From positions 5,642,001 to 5,706,000 of the forward strand of contig CATOCA020000001.1 of NCBI GenBank assembly GCA_951406725.2: DNA of 64,000 nucleotides, read 5' to 3'. This document shows, one piece after another, positions 28,266 to 43,075 of this stretch. Each line of letters starts with the position of its first letter. Position 1 is the stretch's first letter. This stretch comes from Octopus vulgaris (Eukaryota). The notes under the pieces were generated by a model. It was not told the origin of the DNA. It did no database searches and worked only from the letters and a program-made list of their open reading frames with translations. The translations under genes were made by a program, and so were the position numbers.

Positions 28266-29039
28266 ATATATTATCAATAAATATCGAACACTTCTCCTCA
28301 TCACTAATTCGTTTTTCGTTTGACATCTAAAAATTTCGCTTTTTTAATATTACGATTCTTACCCCTTAGCTTCACACCTCCCTGCAATCGTCACACAGCC
28401 TCGATGGTGGTTGCACATGCTAGAAGCAACAGCCAAACCTCACATGATAAAATATGAAACGTTTTTATCATTTGTTTTCTTAATTTCTTGAAAATAAATT
28501 TATTTTCTATTTTCTGATTGGCATTTGGTCAGAAAACTCCGAAGATAAGCCAGTGCCTGAGCAATACAAAGAGGGGAGAGCAAGAATATGCAAGGCTAGT
28601 ACGGTTTAGTGCAGCCGTGCACCGGTTGTCGTCCTATTTTAAGCTGCAAAAATGTGAGAGTCAAATACGAGAGGAAAGGGATCAGACCGGAAGGGATGTG
28701 AATGGAACAGGAAAGAAGTGAATGCCATGGAATAGAAAAAAAGTGAACTAAATCCTAAAATTTGCGAATATATTTAGGTAATAGGGAAAAAAAGTATGTT
28801 TAATTTAAAATGTAATTTCCATTTTTAAAAGAAAGAACATTCTCGAATACATGTTTCTTATAGTTGAACGTCCGCGTGTATTTATGGAGAGAAGAGGTCG
28901 GTTTGTTCCTGCTGTGGGCGAGAGTTTGTTTATTTTAATTTGGCTGACATCCATCTCGATAATGTGTTGCTTTAAGTAGCCTAGGGTCGAAAGCACGAAT
29001 CCCGATAAAACCGCTGACAAAATAAAATAAAATCGATTT

Positions 29040-30645
29040 TCTGTCCCAACTGGAATATGCATGTCAGGTGATCGTCCTGTTTTCTGGAAGAATTATGTTG
29101 CTGAAGAAAATATGCACCAGAACAATGAAGAAATCGTCTCTAAACGGAAAGTGAAGATTTTTCTTATAAATATCCAAAGGAAGCTTGAAGTTGACAGCTT
29201 CGATATCTACAGCCACAATGGTCTTCCTTGACCAGATACAAGAATTGTTGAAGTAGCTAATATTCCAATTGGGCTTAGAGAAGAAACCATTTTTAAGGCA
29301 AAAAAATGTATTAATAAACTTCTGCCAACTTTAGACATTGAACAACGACTAGATTTTGATAAAGCTATCAGGTCCTTAAATAGTAAAAGAAGGAAGAATT
29401 CTGTTCTTAAATGCAAATGGTGGCACAGGGAAAACCTATGTGATCAACATCATACTTGATAGTTGCTACTGCCACGTCTGCTATTGCAACCACTTTGCTT
29501 CTGAAAGGGAGAGTTCTTCATTCTATGTCCAGGATTTCTCTCAGTGAGACTACAAAATCAACATTAAGACTCACAAAGAGAGACGCCACAAGAGAATTTG
29601 TGCCTCAATCTGGTCTCTTAGTTATCGATGGGACCAGGATGGGGCCTAAGCATCTCTGTGAGTGCCTTGAAAGGGGATTGCATGATGTGTGAGACTGTAA
29701 CAAACCTGTTTGTGAATTTACTATATTACTGTCTGGTGATAGAAAACAAATTCTTGCAGTTATGTCATCTTGGAAGATTATAATTTGTTGATGCAGGTCC
29801 TTTCTTGAGGATTGAGTAGAAATAGTGAAGATAGGAACCAATCTAAGACTTCTTACAAAAGGTCATTCTGATGAAAAAGAGTCTGTTAATCACCATTTTG
29901 ATGCTGGAAATGGTGATATTTCTGTCGAACAAAGTCTAGGTGCATCCAAAATCAACCTGCTTTACAACTTTGGCCTGTCAAGTTTATGTGATGTTGTCTT
30001 GCAAATAATTTCAGAGACCCCATGTGGCTTGCAAACAGACCCATTATTACTCCAACAAATGAAATATCACAATTTGTAAATGAATTCATGTTGACCAGGA
30101 TCCCTGGTGAGGTAAAGATATGCAGAAGCTCAGATACAGTTGATAATGAAGCTCTGTACCTAATCAAATTCATCAACAAACTCCTACCATCAGCGTTTCC
30201 ATGGACATATCCTCACACGAAAGACAAGAGGCTGCATTAGGTTTTTGAAGAATTTAGATGCTAAACAAGACCATTGCAATGACACAGGCTACGTTATTAT
30301 CTGCTTCCAAGATCTTATTATTGCTGCTGGGGTTGCTTGTGGTTATTTTGCAGGATCAATCTCAGGGATTCCAAATGGGTCTCAAGGAATTGAGTTCCCA
30401 TTCATAGTTACCATACAAACAATTTCCTGTGGAACCACTCTTTGCCTTGACATGCAACAAAGTACAGGAACAGACATTTAAACAAACTGGAATATATCTT
30501 CCAACACAATTCTTCTCCCGTGGTCAGCTGTAAGTTTCACTTTCTAGAGTTTGGATGAAGCCTGATGTAAAACTATTGGCTGAGAGAAATAGAAACTGTA
30601 TATTTACTAACAATCGTGTCTATAAGGAGGTTCTATTTGACAGCA
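29040..30645 (+). pseudogene. Helitron RepHel Pif1 helicase relic (frameshifted, with stops)
   Basis: GGTGKTYVIN, ATATSAIATTLL..GR.LHS, LLVID, LLSGD..QIL.V, IITPTN, KNLD..Q.HCN.T, QFPV...FALT.NK.Q.QT, FS.GQL.VSLSRV, N.VYKEVL. Confidence 0.88.
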
Positions 30646-30802
30646 AAATATACATTTTAAGTAAGTTTCACAAAATGGAATTACACTTTCCTTTTTTGGG
30701 AAAATTTCACAGGATATTTAAACTCTTTATATAACAATGGAAGTATTTAGGGAGATGCCGGGGCTTACAACAACAACACCAATAACAAATGAAATTTCAA
30801 TC

Positions 30803-30808
30803 TTTATT
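30803..30808 (-). promoter_or_regulatory. Candidate polyadenylation signal AATAAA
   Basis: About 235 nt after the stop codon, followed about 20 nt later by a GT-rich tract (ttgttattggtgttgttgttgt). Confidence 0.55.
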
Positions 30809-31041
30809 TCCAAAGTTAATCTCCAACAAAAGGGAGCTAAACAAATAAAGAGATCTCCATGTGGTAAATAGATCTGCTAGAATTAGTAGCTGAATCCTAC
30901 TCCATTCATCACTTATCATCTTAAAGAATGACACATTAGACAAGGAAAACATGATGGTCCTGGATGGAAGGCATTTAATCATATGCCTGTGTGTGGTGAA
31001 GGTAAACTTGGGGTTAAACAACAGCAATATTTACAAGAAAT

Positions 31042-31247
31042 TCAACTGAAGTCTGATAATAAACATTCAAGCGCCGAGAAACATTCGGTTTCTAAAAGTG
31101 CTTCTTTTAATGTTTGAGGTGTACGTTTCGCTGGATCGCAACCTCGAAACCATTTGAGAAGCATCTGAAAGCCTTGTTCCATAACGCTGTACGAATGGTC
31201 AATCTTGATGATTTCCAGGTCATCTTGTGTAATTTCTAATTCCCTTC
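31042..31247 (-). CDS. Terminal coding exon, death domain GRELEITQDDLEIIKIDHSYSVMEQGFQMLLKWFRGCDPAKRTPQTLKEALLETECFSALECLLSDFS*
   Basis: Death-domain pattern GR.L....I...I......EQ...ML..W........T...L..AL; cttttgcag acceptor; part of ORF 31042..31284. Confidence 0.9.
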
Positions 31248-34200
31248 CTGCAAAAGATACAATAAGAAATAATTGCAAAAGCATTAACGATAATATAAAA
31301 CCTGTGAACTGTAAATTATAGATCTGACAAAGAAATTATGTGAATAGACGAATGAGAAATACTGAAGAAACACGGAAAATAGAAGACATTGTTATCTGTT
31401 TCTAAAGAGTTTGAGAAAAATAAGAAACAAGTTGAAATAAAAGCTGGAATTGGAGAAAACATTTAAGGATCGAATAAAATTGAAAGTTACACATGAGAAA
31501 TCTTCTGGTAAACAACTGGCAGGAGAAGTGTTTGTGTGGGCAGCAGTATACGAAAAGCTCAAGAATCAACAAAGACTACCAATAGTTACACCATTTCATC
31601 TATCCATTCAAATGCTTTGCCCTCTCTTCATAGGAGGGTTATAAGGGTAGAGTCCTCAGGCACCTCCTTCATACGATTCTATCTAAAGTAACCTTGATTA
31701 GAAATTCTGAGAGAATTTCCAAGCGCAACCAATTGAAACTATGGTTTTTATGCAAAAATTTATTCTTGGTTTAGCCCCAGGTCTTCTGTCAGTTGGCTCA
31801 GCTCGATGAATCCCTCTTATGATTCTTTCCTGAGACATTTTAATCACATGCCGGTAGTATTGGAGCAGCTGTGACCTCTCAATGCAGAGAAGCAGTCGTT
31901 TGGCCTGGAGAGACACCCAAATTTCGAAGCTGCACGCGTTACTCCAGGCACTCTTCAGAGGAACTCAATTTCAGTCGTTTTGATAACATCCCATATTCAA
32001 AGAGTGAAATAGTCATCTGTGATGTGGTCCCTCCTATGATTAGTAAATAATTAAAGATTATCAAAATTCAGAAATATCTCGAAAGTGGGATATGACTTCA
32101 ACGGCACAAAGTAAAAATATAACACTGTTAGGTACATATCACATATTATAGAAGATACCAGCTGAAAAGGTAGTTTTGGAATACTGACTCCTAAAAAGGA
32201 ATTCCTTCACTGGCTGAAGGCCACAATTTCAAAAGAATCTCCTACAGGAGAGGCCCAAGAGTAAACAAAGCATTGGGAAGAGTTTTAGTTTGTAGGCAAT
32301 AACAGAACATCTACACCATACACCTACAACACTTGGGTCCTGAAAGAATCCCTGCATCCTCAAACATCTACATCATCTGGAAAGTTATCACAATTTATAT
32401 GCAGGGGAGAGAAAAGGGGTTAATAGGAATTCTATATGGTTTATCTAATGTACGCAATAGGTGCAGCGGTATCACAGGCAAGTTTACAGGGAGGACGGGT
32501 TAGGGTTGGGGAAGGAGTTTTTAAGTAGCAGATACACGGGATTAGTTTGTAGTAAGAACAAGTATGAAAGACATATAGTTTCTCTAACCTAAGAGACATA
32601 ATTAGAAGTGGGTGGGTGGGGGTCTATTCTCAAAGTGCAGTACTTTGAGGAAAAATGGGGTGGAAAATGTACAGGGAACTGTTACGTCTACTGGCAACTA
32701 AGGGATTCTGTCTCCAAATGAAGGAGAGATTGCATGAGGTGTATTTGTAAAGTGCAATGTTGCATTTAATGTAGAAGATGCAGGAAAACTGGCAAGAAAT
32801 GAGGTGAGCATACATCACTAGAAGTGTAATGTTAATGTGTTGAAAACCTGGGGTTAGGGAAAACTGGGTCTCAGAAGAATCTGTGATAGTGCCCAATATA
32901 GTATAGATTTAGAAGGGATATGGTAAATGAAATTTGGATAAAGAAGTGCCTGGAATTCAAGTGGAAGAAAACAAGCGATTAAACCTGACAAACAACCACA
33001 ACGACTGTGGGAGAAGTCGTCTGACACATACAAACTTGAAGAAATGAACGTAAGATGTTGATTATATTGGACTGGTGTTAATGGATTGATTTTTACCCCA
33101 GTATATGACTGGTACATTTTGTATGACTGCCAGAGAAACAACAAATTAGCAATGTCACAGATGATGTCCTCTCTTAATTTAGATAAATCATTTCTATCAG
33201 CTGACTGAGGGGATAATGTTACGATCTCTTGAGTCAGGGGTGAAAGGTTCAAATCTAGTCCCCCAACACAGCTCAATGTCCTGGTAAAGGCATCTCTCTT
33301 CTGGTTCAGTCTACGAACCACGATAGGGAGGTAAAGATATTGATGTAAAAAATAGGAATATTGTATAAATGATATTTTATGTTGTTAAACTTTCAGACAA
33401 GAGGAAATGGGATACTGTGATGTTCATGCCTTTCCAGTAAAGGAGAGTGAAATGATTTCAATTGATAAACAAAATCAAGTTGAGTTTGAATTTTCGGATG
33501 AGATTCTTTTTTTTTTAACGTGAGTTTCATTAATTTACAATACTGAGTTCAATCCAGCCATGGACACAGTCAACAATGGGGGACTGTTTTCTATAGAGAC
33601 TGGCACTATATATTAACCAGGGACTAAAGAACTACAATCAAAGAGAACACAGCATGTCACACATAATGCAAACTCTCGTGTTTAAAAAGGTTGCATTCGA
33701 TAATGTGGTCCTCTTCATCCAAGAGAAAGAATGATGTCACATCTGGAAACCTTCCCTCTTAACTCTGCCAGATTAAAACAGATATCTGCCTCAGCAACAA
33801 CAACAATAACAACCAATCTGTGAACTTTCCAAAAACGTAAACAAACTAAAACATTGTCATTAACTCACCTGTTTAGTCTTTAACACCATTATTCTTGAGT
33901 CCCCTTTTACAAACGACAATATTAACTCGACTGTATCTTCTAATTCAAATATTTTACACCTGTGCTGACCTCGGTGGATATTTTATGAAATTTCAGTGAT
34001 ATCTTTACTTTATAGCTAAACTTTCAATTGGAAACTAGGAATGGAATCTGTTCTCAGTCAAAAGTTTAACTGAAAGCAAAATTTATAGAAATCAATTAGG
34101 TATTTTATACTCACCAAGTTGCTGCCATTTACCGGCCAACTTTTTGGACACCCGATGTAGATGCTTCACCTCTAGCGTTAGTATATCTGAAATAAATGTT

Positions 34201-37200
34201 TCCACATTTTACACTTCATAGTATAATTTCCCTATCTCTGTTAATGGTTTATATCTTATTATTGTAAGACATTCCTATCATCAATGGCCAACTGCTGACC
34301 ACTATAGGTTTCGTCGACAGTTTTATACTTTCTACAGTGGTCTTATAAAATGGCTCAATATTTAGGTCCATAACAAAATAGACTGATCTTCCTAAACCTC
34401 CTTTTTCTATTAAGACAACCTTCTTGATCTATCAATGTTGCATTCATCTCATTTAATTATCACATGTTAACACCTTTTATTTCTTTTCTTTTTTATAGCT
34501 GGGCTAAACCTATGAGATAGCATTGTTCCCTCATCAGTAGACTTCACTAATCCAGTGTTAACCATGTTGGTCATAAATGCTCTTGACACAAACTCATGTC
34601 ATACCACTTGAACTAGGATCAACACACTTTTTAATTTTAACTATGCAACTCACAGTTCACCAGAATTTCATCTGATTCATAAAATATTTTAAGACTCCTT
34701 AATGAAACCGCTTTCATTCCAGGTGAGCAATGATTAGTTTTACAGAGGTGAAACAGAAAGTGATAACAAGTGTCCTAAAACACTGTATACTTGCACAAAA
34801 CATCTTTAACAACATGCAAATGTTTATACACAGATTATTGCAAAAGAAAAATATTTGAAAAGGTACAAAAGAAGTGATATTCAAGAATATATAAACAAGA
34901 TGGTGATATAGATCAAACTTCAAGCACCAAATCTTGTTTTTGCCCAGAAGTTTTGACTTGGCAAATGCTTATTGCCCATCCTCGGTTTCTGCAATGACAT
35001 CAATGCCTCTACTCTTATTAGACAATGTGGGATTGTAGCATCGTCCTCAAGTTAATGTTTTAACTTTTGGCATAGTTTCTCCTACTATTTTGAACCTTAC
35101 CTGTTTCTGTTGACCTTTGACATATGTCAGACCGCATCAAGTAGTTGCTTTAGACAGCATTCTTGACCAAGTAATTAGTCCATCCAGTCTATCCAGAACT
35201 AATTGTATAAACATTTGATCTCTTCTTCTTATTTTTATGTCATCCATAAATGCCTTCTTAAGTGATTTCCCTTGAGTAATTTCTTCTGATAAATCTGCCG
35301 ATCCCCATAAAAGCATCCCCATAACAAGCACAAACCAAGTAACGGATATTGTGCAATCTACAGCTATTCTAGTTTCAATGTTGGGCACACGAAAATCTTT
35401 TTCTAGTGCTTTTGCCACATTAAAATGTACTCAGGACCCTTTATAAAGTGGTTGGTGTTAAGAAAGGCATACTACCATAGGAAAGGTGGAATGTTTAAAG
35501 GAGATGTGTTTCTCAAGCAATCGAGGTGGACAGTAATTCTGAATAAGGACATGGATAGTGACCACCCAGCCAATTCGATGATGAAGACACTATAATCGAT
35601 TGCATTGTATCTTGCACCCAATCTTGAGGAGAGAGAAAGAGAGCAATTGTCTCAGCAGCAGACCAAAGTCTCCTACTGGGATAAACACAACGTTTAGGGG
35701 ATGTAATGATAGATTTACTATCAGTGAAAAAAAGAGAGTGTGTTCACACTTGTAACAATTTTCAACTTAGTCATCTCGTTAAAAATGACCGACAACAACA
35801 ACAACAATTAGGAAACTTATTAAAATGTACAACAAACAAGCTCTCTCATTATCTCATCTGTTTTTACCTTTAAACGACAAATTGCTTTCCTTTATTCCAA
35901 AGACAATATGAAGTCTGTTGTGTTTTCTAATTTAGCCATTTTACCAACAGCGCCAACACTGCTGGACATTTTATTAAATTTCAAATCAGTAATATCAATG
36001 GGCTTGTAGATGCATCCATAGTAAGAGAGAGAGAGAGAGAGAGAAATGACAATATGGCAACGAGATGATAGAAAGAGAGAATATTCCCCTTAAGGGGAGC
36101 GAACCGCTTCAGGTTTTATATTTTATCTCTTGTATTTTTCCTTATCGTATGAGATCTTTTTCCTGTGTCTCATGTTTCCCTATTTCTGTAAAATCCCTTT
36201 ATAGGATATTCCTGCATTTGTAGTAGAACAGAATTACTTTGTAGCTAACCATTCGAATGAAATATAGCAATAGAACCGCTTCTCAGTGATTCACACAAAT
36301 TATGTAGTTCAGGTGGAGGTAAAATTTGTAGAAGTCAATTAGATACAGTTATTTTATACTCACCAAGTGGCTGAGCCTCTGTCTGGGATGCCTTGTCTTC
36401 AACCTTTGGACGCACTGAAATAAACATTTCCAAGTTTTATACTTCATAGTAAAACTTCTTTATCTTTATGAATAATTCTGTATTTTATTATTGTGAGACA
36501 TTCATGTAATCAATGGTCAACTGGTGAGTAATATGGCTTTGGTCAGCATTTTTACACTCTCTACCATGGGACCGTGTAATATACCCAATATATAGGTCTA
36601 CTACTAAATAGACTGACCTTCCTCAATCTCCTCTCACTATTAAGACATCCTACATAATCTAACAACATTGCACTTATCTCATTTAATAATCCCTTGTTAA
36701 CACTGCTAATCTCTTTCTTATATTTAATCTAATCTATGACATGATTGTCCTCTCATCTCTAGACTTCACTAATCAACATTCTTCTCGTTTTCTACTTAAT
36801 TCCATGACAACCAAATTGGTCCTCAAAAATCGGACCACAAAACCATGACACATCGTTTCAGGTAGGATAAACATAACCACGCTCTCTTTTTTAAAGGTCA
36901 CTGTTGGCAATCTTTAATTTTAACTGACCACATCACACTTCATCAGAATATAATCTGATTAAGGAAATGTCAATCATCCTCCTTAATAAGCGACTTTTTT
37001 CAGGTGAACAATGATTAGTTCTACAACGGTGGAGAGGTAAGCGATAACAGGTATCCTGAAACACTGTACTTTTGTACAAAACATCCTTAACAACAAAATC
37101 ACTGTTCATGTACAACACATTATTACAAAGGGGTTATATCCAAATTGAGAACTAACAATTTATTCTGAAGAATATATAAATCGAACTGGAAACATGAAAT

Positions 37201-40200
37201 TGTGCATTTTCTTTAGTAGATTTGAATTATCAGTTGTTTTCTGTCCATCTTCAGCTTTGCCATGGTCTCACTACCCCAGTATGTATCAGTCAACAAGATA
37301 GCGTACCACCATCTTTAACTTTTGGTTTGTCTTTAACTTTTGGCATGAGTTCTCCTGCCGTTCGTAACTTCCTTTGCTCCAGCTGACCTCTCACAAATTA
37401 TAGACTGCATTACTTATTTGCTTGAAACCACATTCTTGACTAAGTACTAACTCTATGGAGTCTACTAACCAGAACTATTTGCATATCCTTTTAGTCTCTT
37501 GTTAGTATTGTTATGTCAGCCATGAATATCTTTCCGTTGAGCAATTTCTTCTGGACATTCTGTTAATCTAATTAGCATAACTATAAAGATCACCAACCAA
37601 CTGATATTGTGCAACCTACAGCTATTCCAGAACCCGAACCTGGCAGTCTTTTGTGAAATTCTATCCTATGAAACACATTTTGAAACTGTTATAGCATCTC
37701 ATCATCAGATCCTCAATCTCCTCCCATTTATGAAAGAAATTCCTTGTTTCCATCAACAATGTGTGTGGTACAGAACAATAAGCATTAGCCAGATCAAGCC
37801 ATACTACATCCGAATCCCTTTTATTCTTCTTTGCTTTTTATATGGTATCCCAGATTTAAAATACATGTTCTACACACACAGACATTCTCCGAATTCTAGT
37901 CTTCTGGACATTTTCAGTCGTATAACCATTATTTTGCTGACATGTAGCTGATTTCATGGCAAGTACACCCATGTAAATCTTGCCATTCAAGATTGAAATT
38001 GGCTTCAATTGGTCACTTAGTTCTGCATTAACTTACTTTGATGAATAAAATCCTTTTGTCTTGCACCATTCATCAATCAGTCCACCTTTATCCCACAACT
38101 CTCTAAATAGTAATTAATGCTTATAACACCTGGGCACAACATCTGTACACGTTCTATGGTACACAATCACCTCCCGTTGCAATCTCCGTTCTTGCCTTCT
38201 TCACTAAGCTTTATCGCAAAGCTGAAATATTTGATTACTGGTTTCATTGGACATTTCAATCCAAACATGAGCAGGTAAAGTTGACTTCGCTTGGGATCAT
38301 TGTATATCTGCCGTATATTCTTGTTCACTTCATCTTTAGTGCATTATAATCTCCCCCACTTAACATCGGCAAAAATATCCTAGTACCATCAGAAGGGTTC
38401 TTAAGGAGCTTTTATCTAAGGTGTTCACTATCCGTTCTCCTTTCAACCCGTCCGATGTCTCTTTGAATGTATTTGATTGTATTGTATCATACAGCCTCTA
38501 TGAAGTTTGAAGAAAGGGAAAGAGACAACGGTTTTCTGAGCAGCAAACCAACGTCTTCCACTGGAATAAAGACAATGTTTACTGGATGCAATGATAGATT
38601 TATTATCAGTGAAAAATATGAGGGTGGTCATATTTGGAACGCATTTCATTGTAAGTCTGCCAGATTATGAGCGACATCAGCTAAAATAACAACAATAACT
38701 TGTCAGTAAACATTTAAAAAATATAAAACAAACAAAACCTTTGTCATTACCTCACCTGTTAAACCACAACATATATTATTTGGCTGCTCCAAAAGAGAAC
38801 CTGAAATCTATTTCGCTTCTCATTTATCCATTTCACCAACCGTGCTAACCTGATTGGATACTTTATGAAATGTCAATAGTATCGATATGTTAAATAGTTT
38901 ACTGCTAAAACTTCCCATTGAAAGGTAAGAATGGAAGCTGATCTTTATCATTCTGATATCAAAATAAGCAGAGGATATACTTTACAGAAATCAATCTAGT
39001 GCTGTTATTTTATACTCAACAACAGGTTCTGCCAGTGTCTGTGTTTCTTTGTCTTCAAATGTTCGATTCTCTGAAATAAATATTTCCAAGTTTCAAACGT
39101 TATAGTAAAATTTCCTCACATGTACTTTTTCCCCAGGACATGGAGAAATATGCCACTCTGCTGCAAGTCCATGATCATTCTGATGATTAAAGAGATTTGT
39201 TTGATGTCCCTAGTTCTTGTATTGGTCGGCTGCTCCGTCACTGAAGTACAGGAGATGGTTTATGAATGGAAGTTCTGTCTTTATATGCGATATCACCCTC
39301 GTAATAAAAGCATGCACTGTGCTGTAGTCATGTTTCAAACAATCAGATATGACACAGATTGAAGTGCATTGTGGGTTTGAACCAGTCTTATAACAAATCG
39401 CGAATGGTGAATATTTGCCTGGGATTTGTTTCGATGAAACCCTTGCAGGGCGTCCTGTACTACAAAGCTATAATTTTTTTCTGTAAAGTCCAACAATACT
39501 ATTGCTTCACTTGATGTCAGGTCATCTTTTTGATGATTAAGGAAACAAGATTGGGCCTCTGCTATGAAATGATGTTGTTGTAGAGATTCAAACACACTTT
39601 CAGCGGTTTGAATGAAGGCATTCACTGGGGAAGTGAGTCATAAAGGAGCTGACCAGTCCACATGTGCCAACTGTTTGTGCGTTACTAAACCTCCAAGTGA
39701 TTAAAATACGTCTAATAAACGTTGTTCAAAAGGACAGGACTCACATAGGAGCAACATACAATCTCGATTGCTCACGGAAGAGACCATTTTGCCAAGCAAG
39801 TCTCTGTAGTCGTGACTACCAGGAATGGCAGCGGCGATACGTTTTGCATGTTGGTGATTCTCACAGACACATACTGAATGCATGCCTGAGGTGTACTGCG
39901 CATACACACCAAAAGTGTGCGGGTGAATTCACTAGGGGGTTTTCTCAATCTAAGCGTATCTCCCAAGATCCCGGTGTCCTGTTATTGCCATTGTGAGGCC
40001 AATGTTTGAAGGTCATACTTCATCACCTCATCCCATGTCTTCCTGGGTCTACCTCTTCTACAGGTTCCTTCTACAGTGAGGGAGTGGCACTTCATCACAC
40101 AGCTGTTTTCATTCATACGTAACACATGACCATACCAGCACAGTAGCCTCACTTGCACACCACATTTGATGCTTCTTATGCCCAACTTTGTCGTGATTGC

Positions 40201-43038
40201 ATACTGACGTTACACATCCAGCGAATCATACTAACTTCATCTCTTTCAAGCCTACGCATGTCCTGAGCATCCATGGCCCATGTTTCCCTGCCCTGTAACA
40301 TGGCTGTTCGCACACATGCATCATGCAGTCTACCTTTCACCCTGAGTGATAGACCTTTAGTTGCCAGCAGAGGTAGGAGCTCCCTGAACTTTGCCCAGGC
40401 TATTCTTACTCTAGTCTCTACACACGCAGAGCAATCACACTCACTACAGACTTGATCCCCTAGGTAACAGAAGCTATTAACTACTTCTAGTTTCTTCCCC
40501 TGGCATGTGATGGAATCTGTTTTCTGTACACCTTCAGTGTTTATTGCCCCAGAGCATTTGCCACACACAAAAACTATTTTCCCGGTTAACTTTCTTTGAT
40601 ATTGCGGCATCTTTTATGTGTCCATAGCTTCCCCGGTTACATCGTGTGGAGTTTCTACCCTCTCCATTTCTACAGATAGAGCAGGGCCATCTACCTGAAA
40701 TGGGTTGTGATTTGACAGCCTTCCTACTAACAAGGACTTTGGTTTTGACTAGGGTTTTGACTAAGGCCCTTCAATTCTAGACTTTGCTCCCACACCCTTA
40801 ACTTTGTCTCTAGTTCTGGCAGTGACTTGTCTGTAAGAGCAAGGTCATCAGCATAAAGAGGCTCCCAGGGGCAGAGTGCCTTGAATTCCTCTTTTATTGT
40901 CTGGAGGACTATAATGAATAGGAAAGGGCTGAGGACGGATCCTGGGTGAACCCTGATGTGTATTTGTAATATGGAATGTTTCACAGAGTATAGAGGATGT
41001 ATGAAAACTGTTAAGAAATGAAGTGAGCATACTTCAGAAGAAGTGTAATATTAATGTGCTGAAGTCCCGGAGCAGAGATGAGCTGGAAGCAAAACTGGGG
41101 TTTAGAAGATTCAGAGATAGCACACAAGAGACGAGATGGTACAGATATGGGAGGAGTATGGAAGATAAAAGTTAGATAAAGAAGTGTCAGGAGATCCAAG
41201 TAGAAGGGAACAAGACGTTAAACCTGTGGGAGTAGTCAAATTTGAATGCAACAATCAAGTCAGAACTAAAACCAGAGGTGAAACACTCAGAAAACTGTGC
41301 CTCTTTTAGCATTAATATCATCTAAAATGTAACAAGAGTGAGAAAAAGAATGACTATATGGATGGTAAATGTTGTTCAAACAATGTAATAAGTGTATATT
41401 ATATATAGTTACAAACAAGGATTTGTGAGATCAAGTCACACAGGGAACTCATATTTAATTGCTATCTTTATAATTTATGTCAACACCAATGTTTTGTTTA
41501 AATGCAAACAGATGTTCACCGTTCAATACTAAATTTAATATTTAATCAACGTTAATGATCATTATACTTACAATCTTAGAGATTTGATTTTTAATTTCTT
41601 TAATTTATAACAAAGTTATTCTGACCTGAGACATTCAGGGTACGTACCTAAACAACATATCCTGACAGACATCTGGCTACATAACAATAACAACAACAAT
41701 AACCTATGAGAAAACTTTGGAAAGACCTTAGTAGCAAAAGAAACAAAAACTTTCTCGTTACCTCACCTGTTTACAAATAAACAACAAAATGTTTTAGTTC
41801 TCTGTCCTAAAAGACATCATTAACTCTATAATGTCTTCTTATTTAACCATTTTACCAACCACGTTAACCTTGATTTTATGAAATTTCAGTGGAATATTTA
41901 ATAGAATCCTTTTTACAGCTAATGCGGAAACTAGGGATTGACGAGCGATTATAAGAGTTGAAGAGGCCCTGTAGTAAGGTGAGGATTGGCAATGAGTATA
42001 GTGAAGAATTCCGGATAGAAGTAGGAGTTCACTAGGGATCATTCCTAAACCCCTCGTTTTCATCATAGTCCACCATGCAATAACAGAAATGACAAATCAA
42101 AAGCAATTCAAGATCGAAATCAAAATGGAAATTGTAGTTGTGACCGATGCCAGTGCCGCCTGACTGGCACCTGTTCCTGTGGCACGTTATAAGTACCATA
42201 GAAGCATAGGTCCTTGTCACTGCCGCCTGACTAGTTCCCTGTGCCGGTGGCACGTAAAAAGCACCATCCGAACGTGGTCGATGCCAGCCCCCACACCGGC
42301 TGGCTCCTGTGTCGGTGGCACGTAAAAGGCACCCACCACACTCTCGAAGTGGTTGGCATTAGGAATGGCATACATATGTGGAAACCTTGCCAGATCACAT
42401 TGGAGCCTGGCGCAGCCTACTGCCTTGCCAGTGAAATCGTCCGACCCATGCCACGATAAGAAACGGATGTTAAATGATGATGATGATGAGTTCTGTGACC
42501 AAATGACAAAATTAACTCTATTGTGTCTTCTAATTTGAACATTATTACCAACAGCATTAACCTCAATGGGTGTTTCATAAACTCTCAGTAAATCGATATC
42601 TTTAATTCAATTATTATACAGATAATCGTTCAATTGGAAAATAGGAATGGAAGCTGTTTTCAGTTATTCTTTCGAGCACAATATACTCGGGGGAAGAAAA
42701 CCTTACAGAAATCAATTGGGAACTATTATTTTATACTCACCAATTGCCTGAGATGCAGCCCCTAATTCCTGACATATAGCCTCTGTTTGTACACACCTGT
42801 CTTCAAACTTTGGAGCCTCTGGAATAAATATTTCCAAGTTTTACATTTAATAATAAAATTTCTTTATCTTTATTTTTATTAAACTCTATCTTTTTATTGT
42901 GAGACATTCAATTCCTGTCGTTAATGGTCAAATGTTGACCACTATGGTTTTGGTCAATATTTCTGTACTTTCTACAGTGGTCCCATGTAGTAGCTCAATA
43001 TGTCCACAATAAAACAGACTAACATTTCTAAATCCACC

Positions 43039-43075
<37 letters not shown>

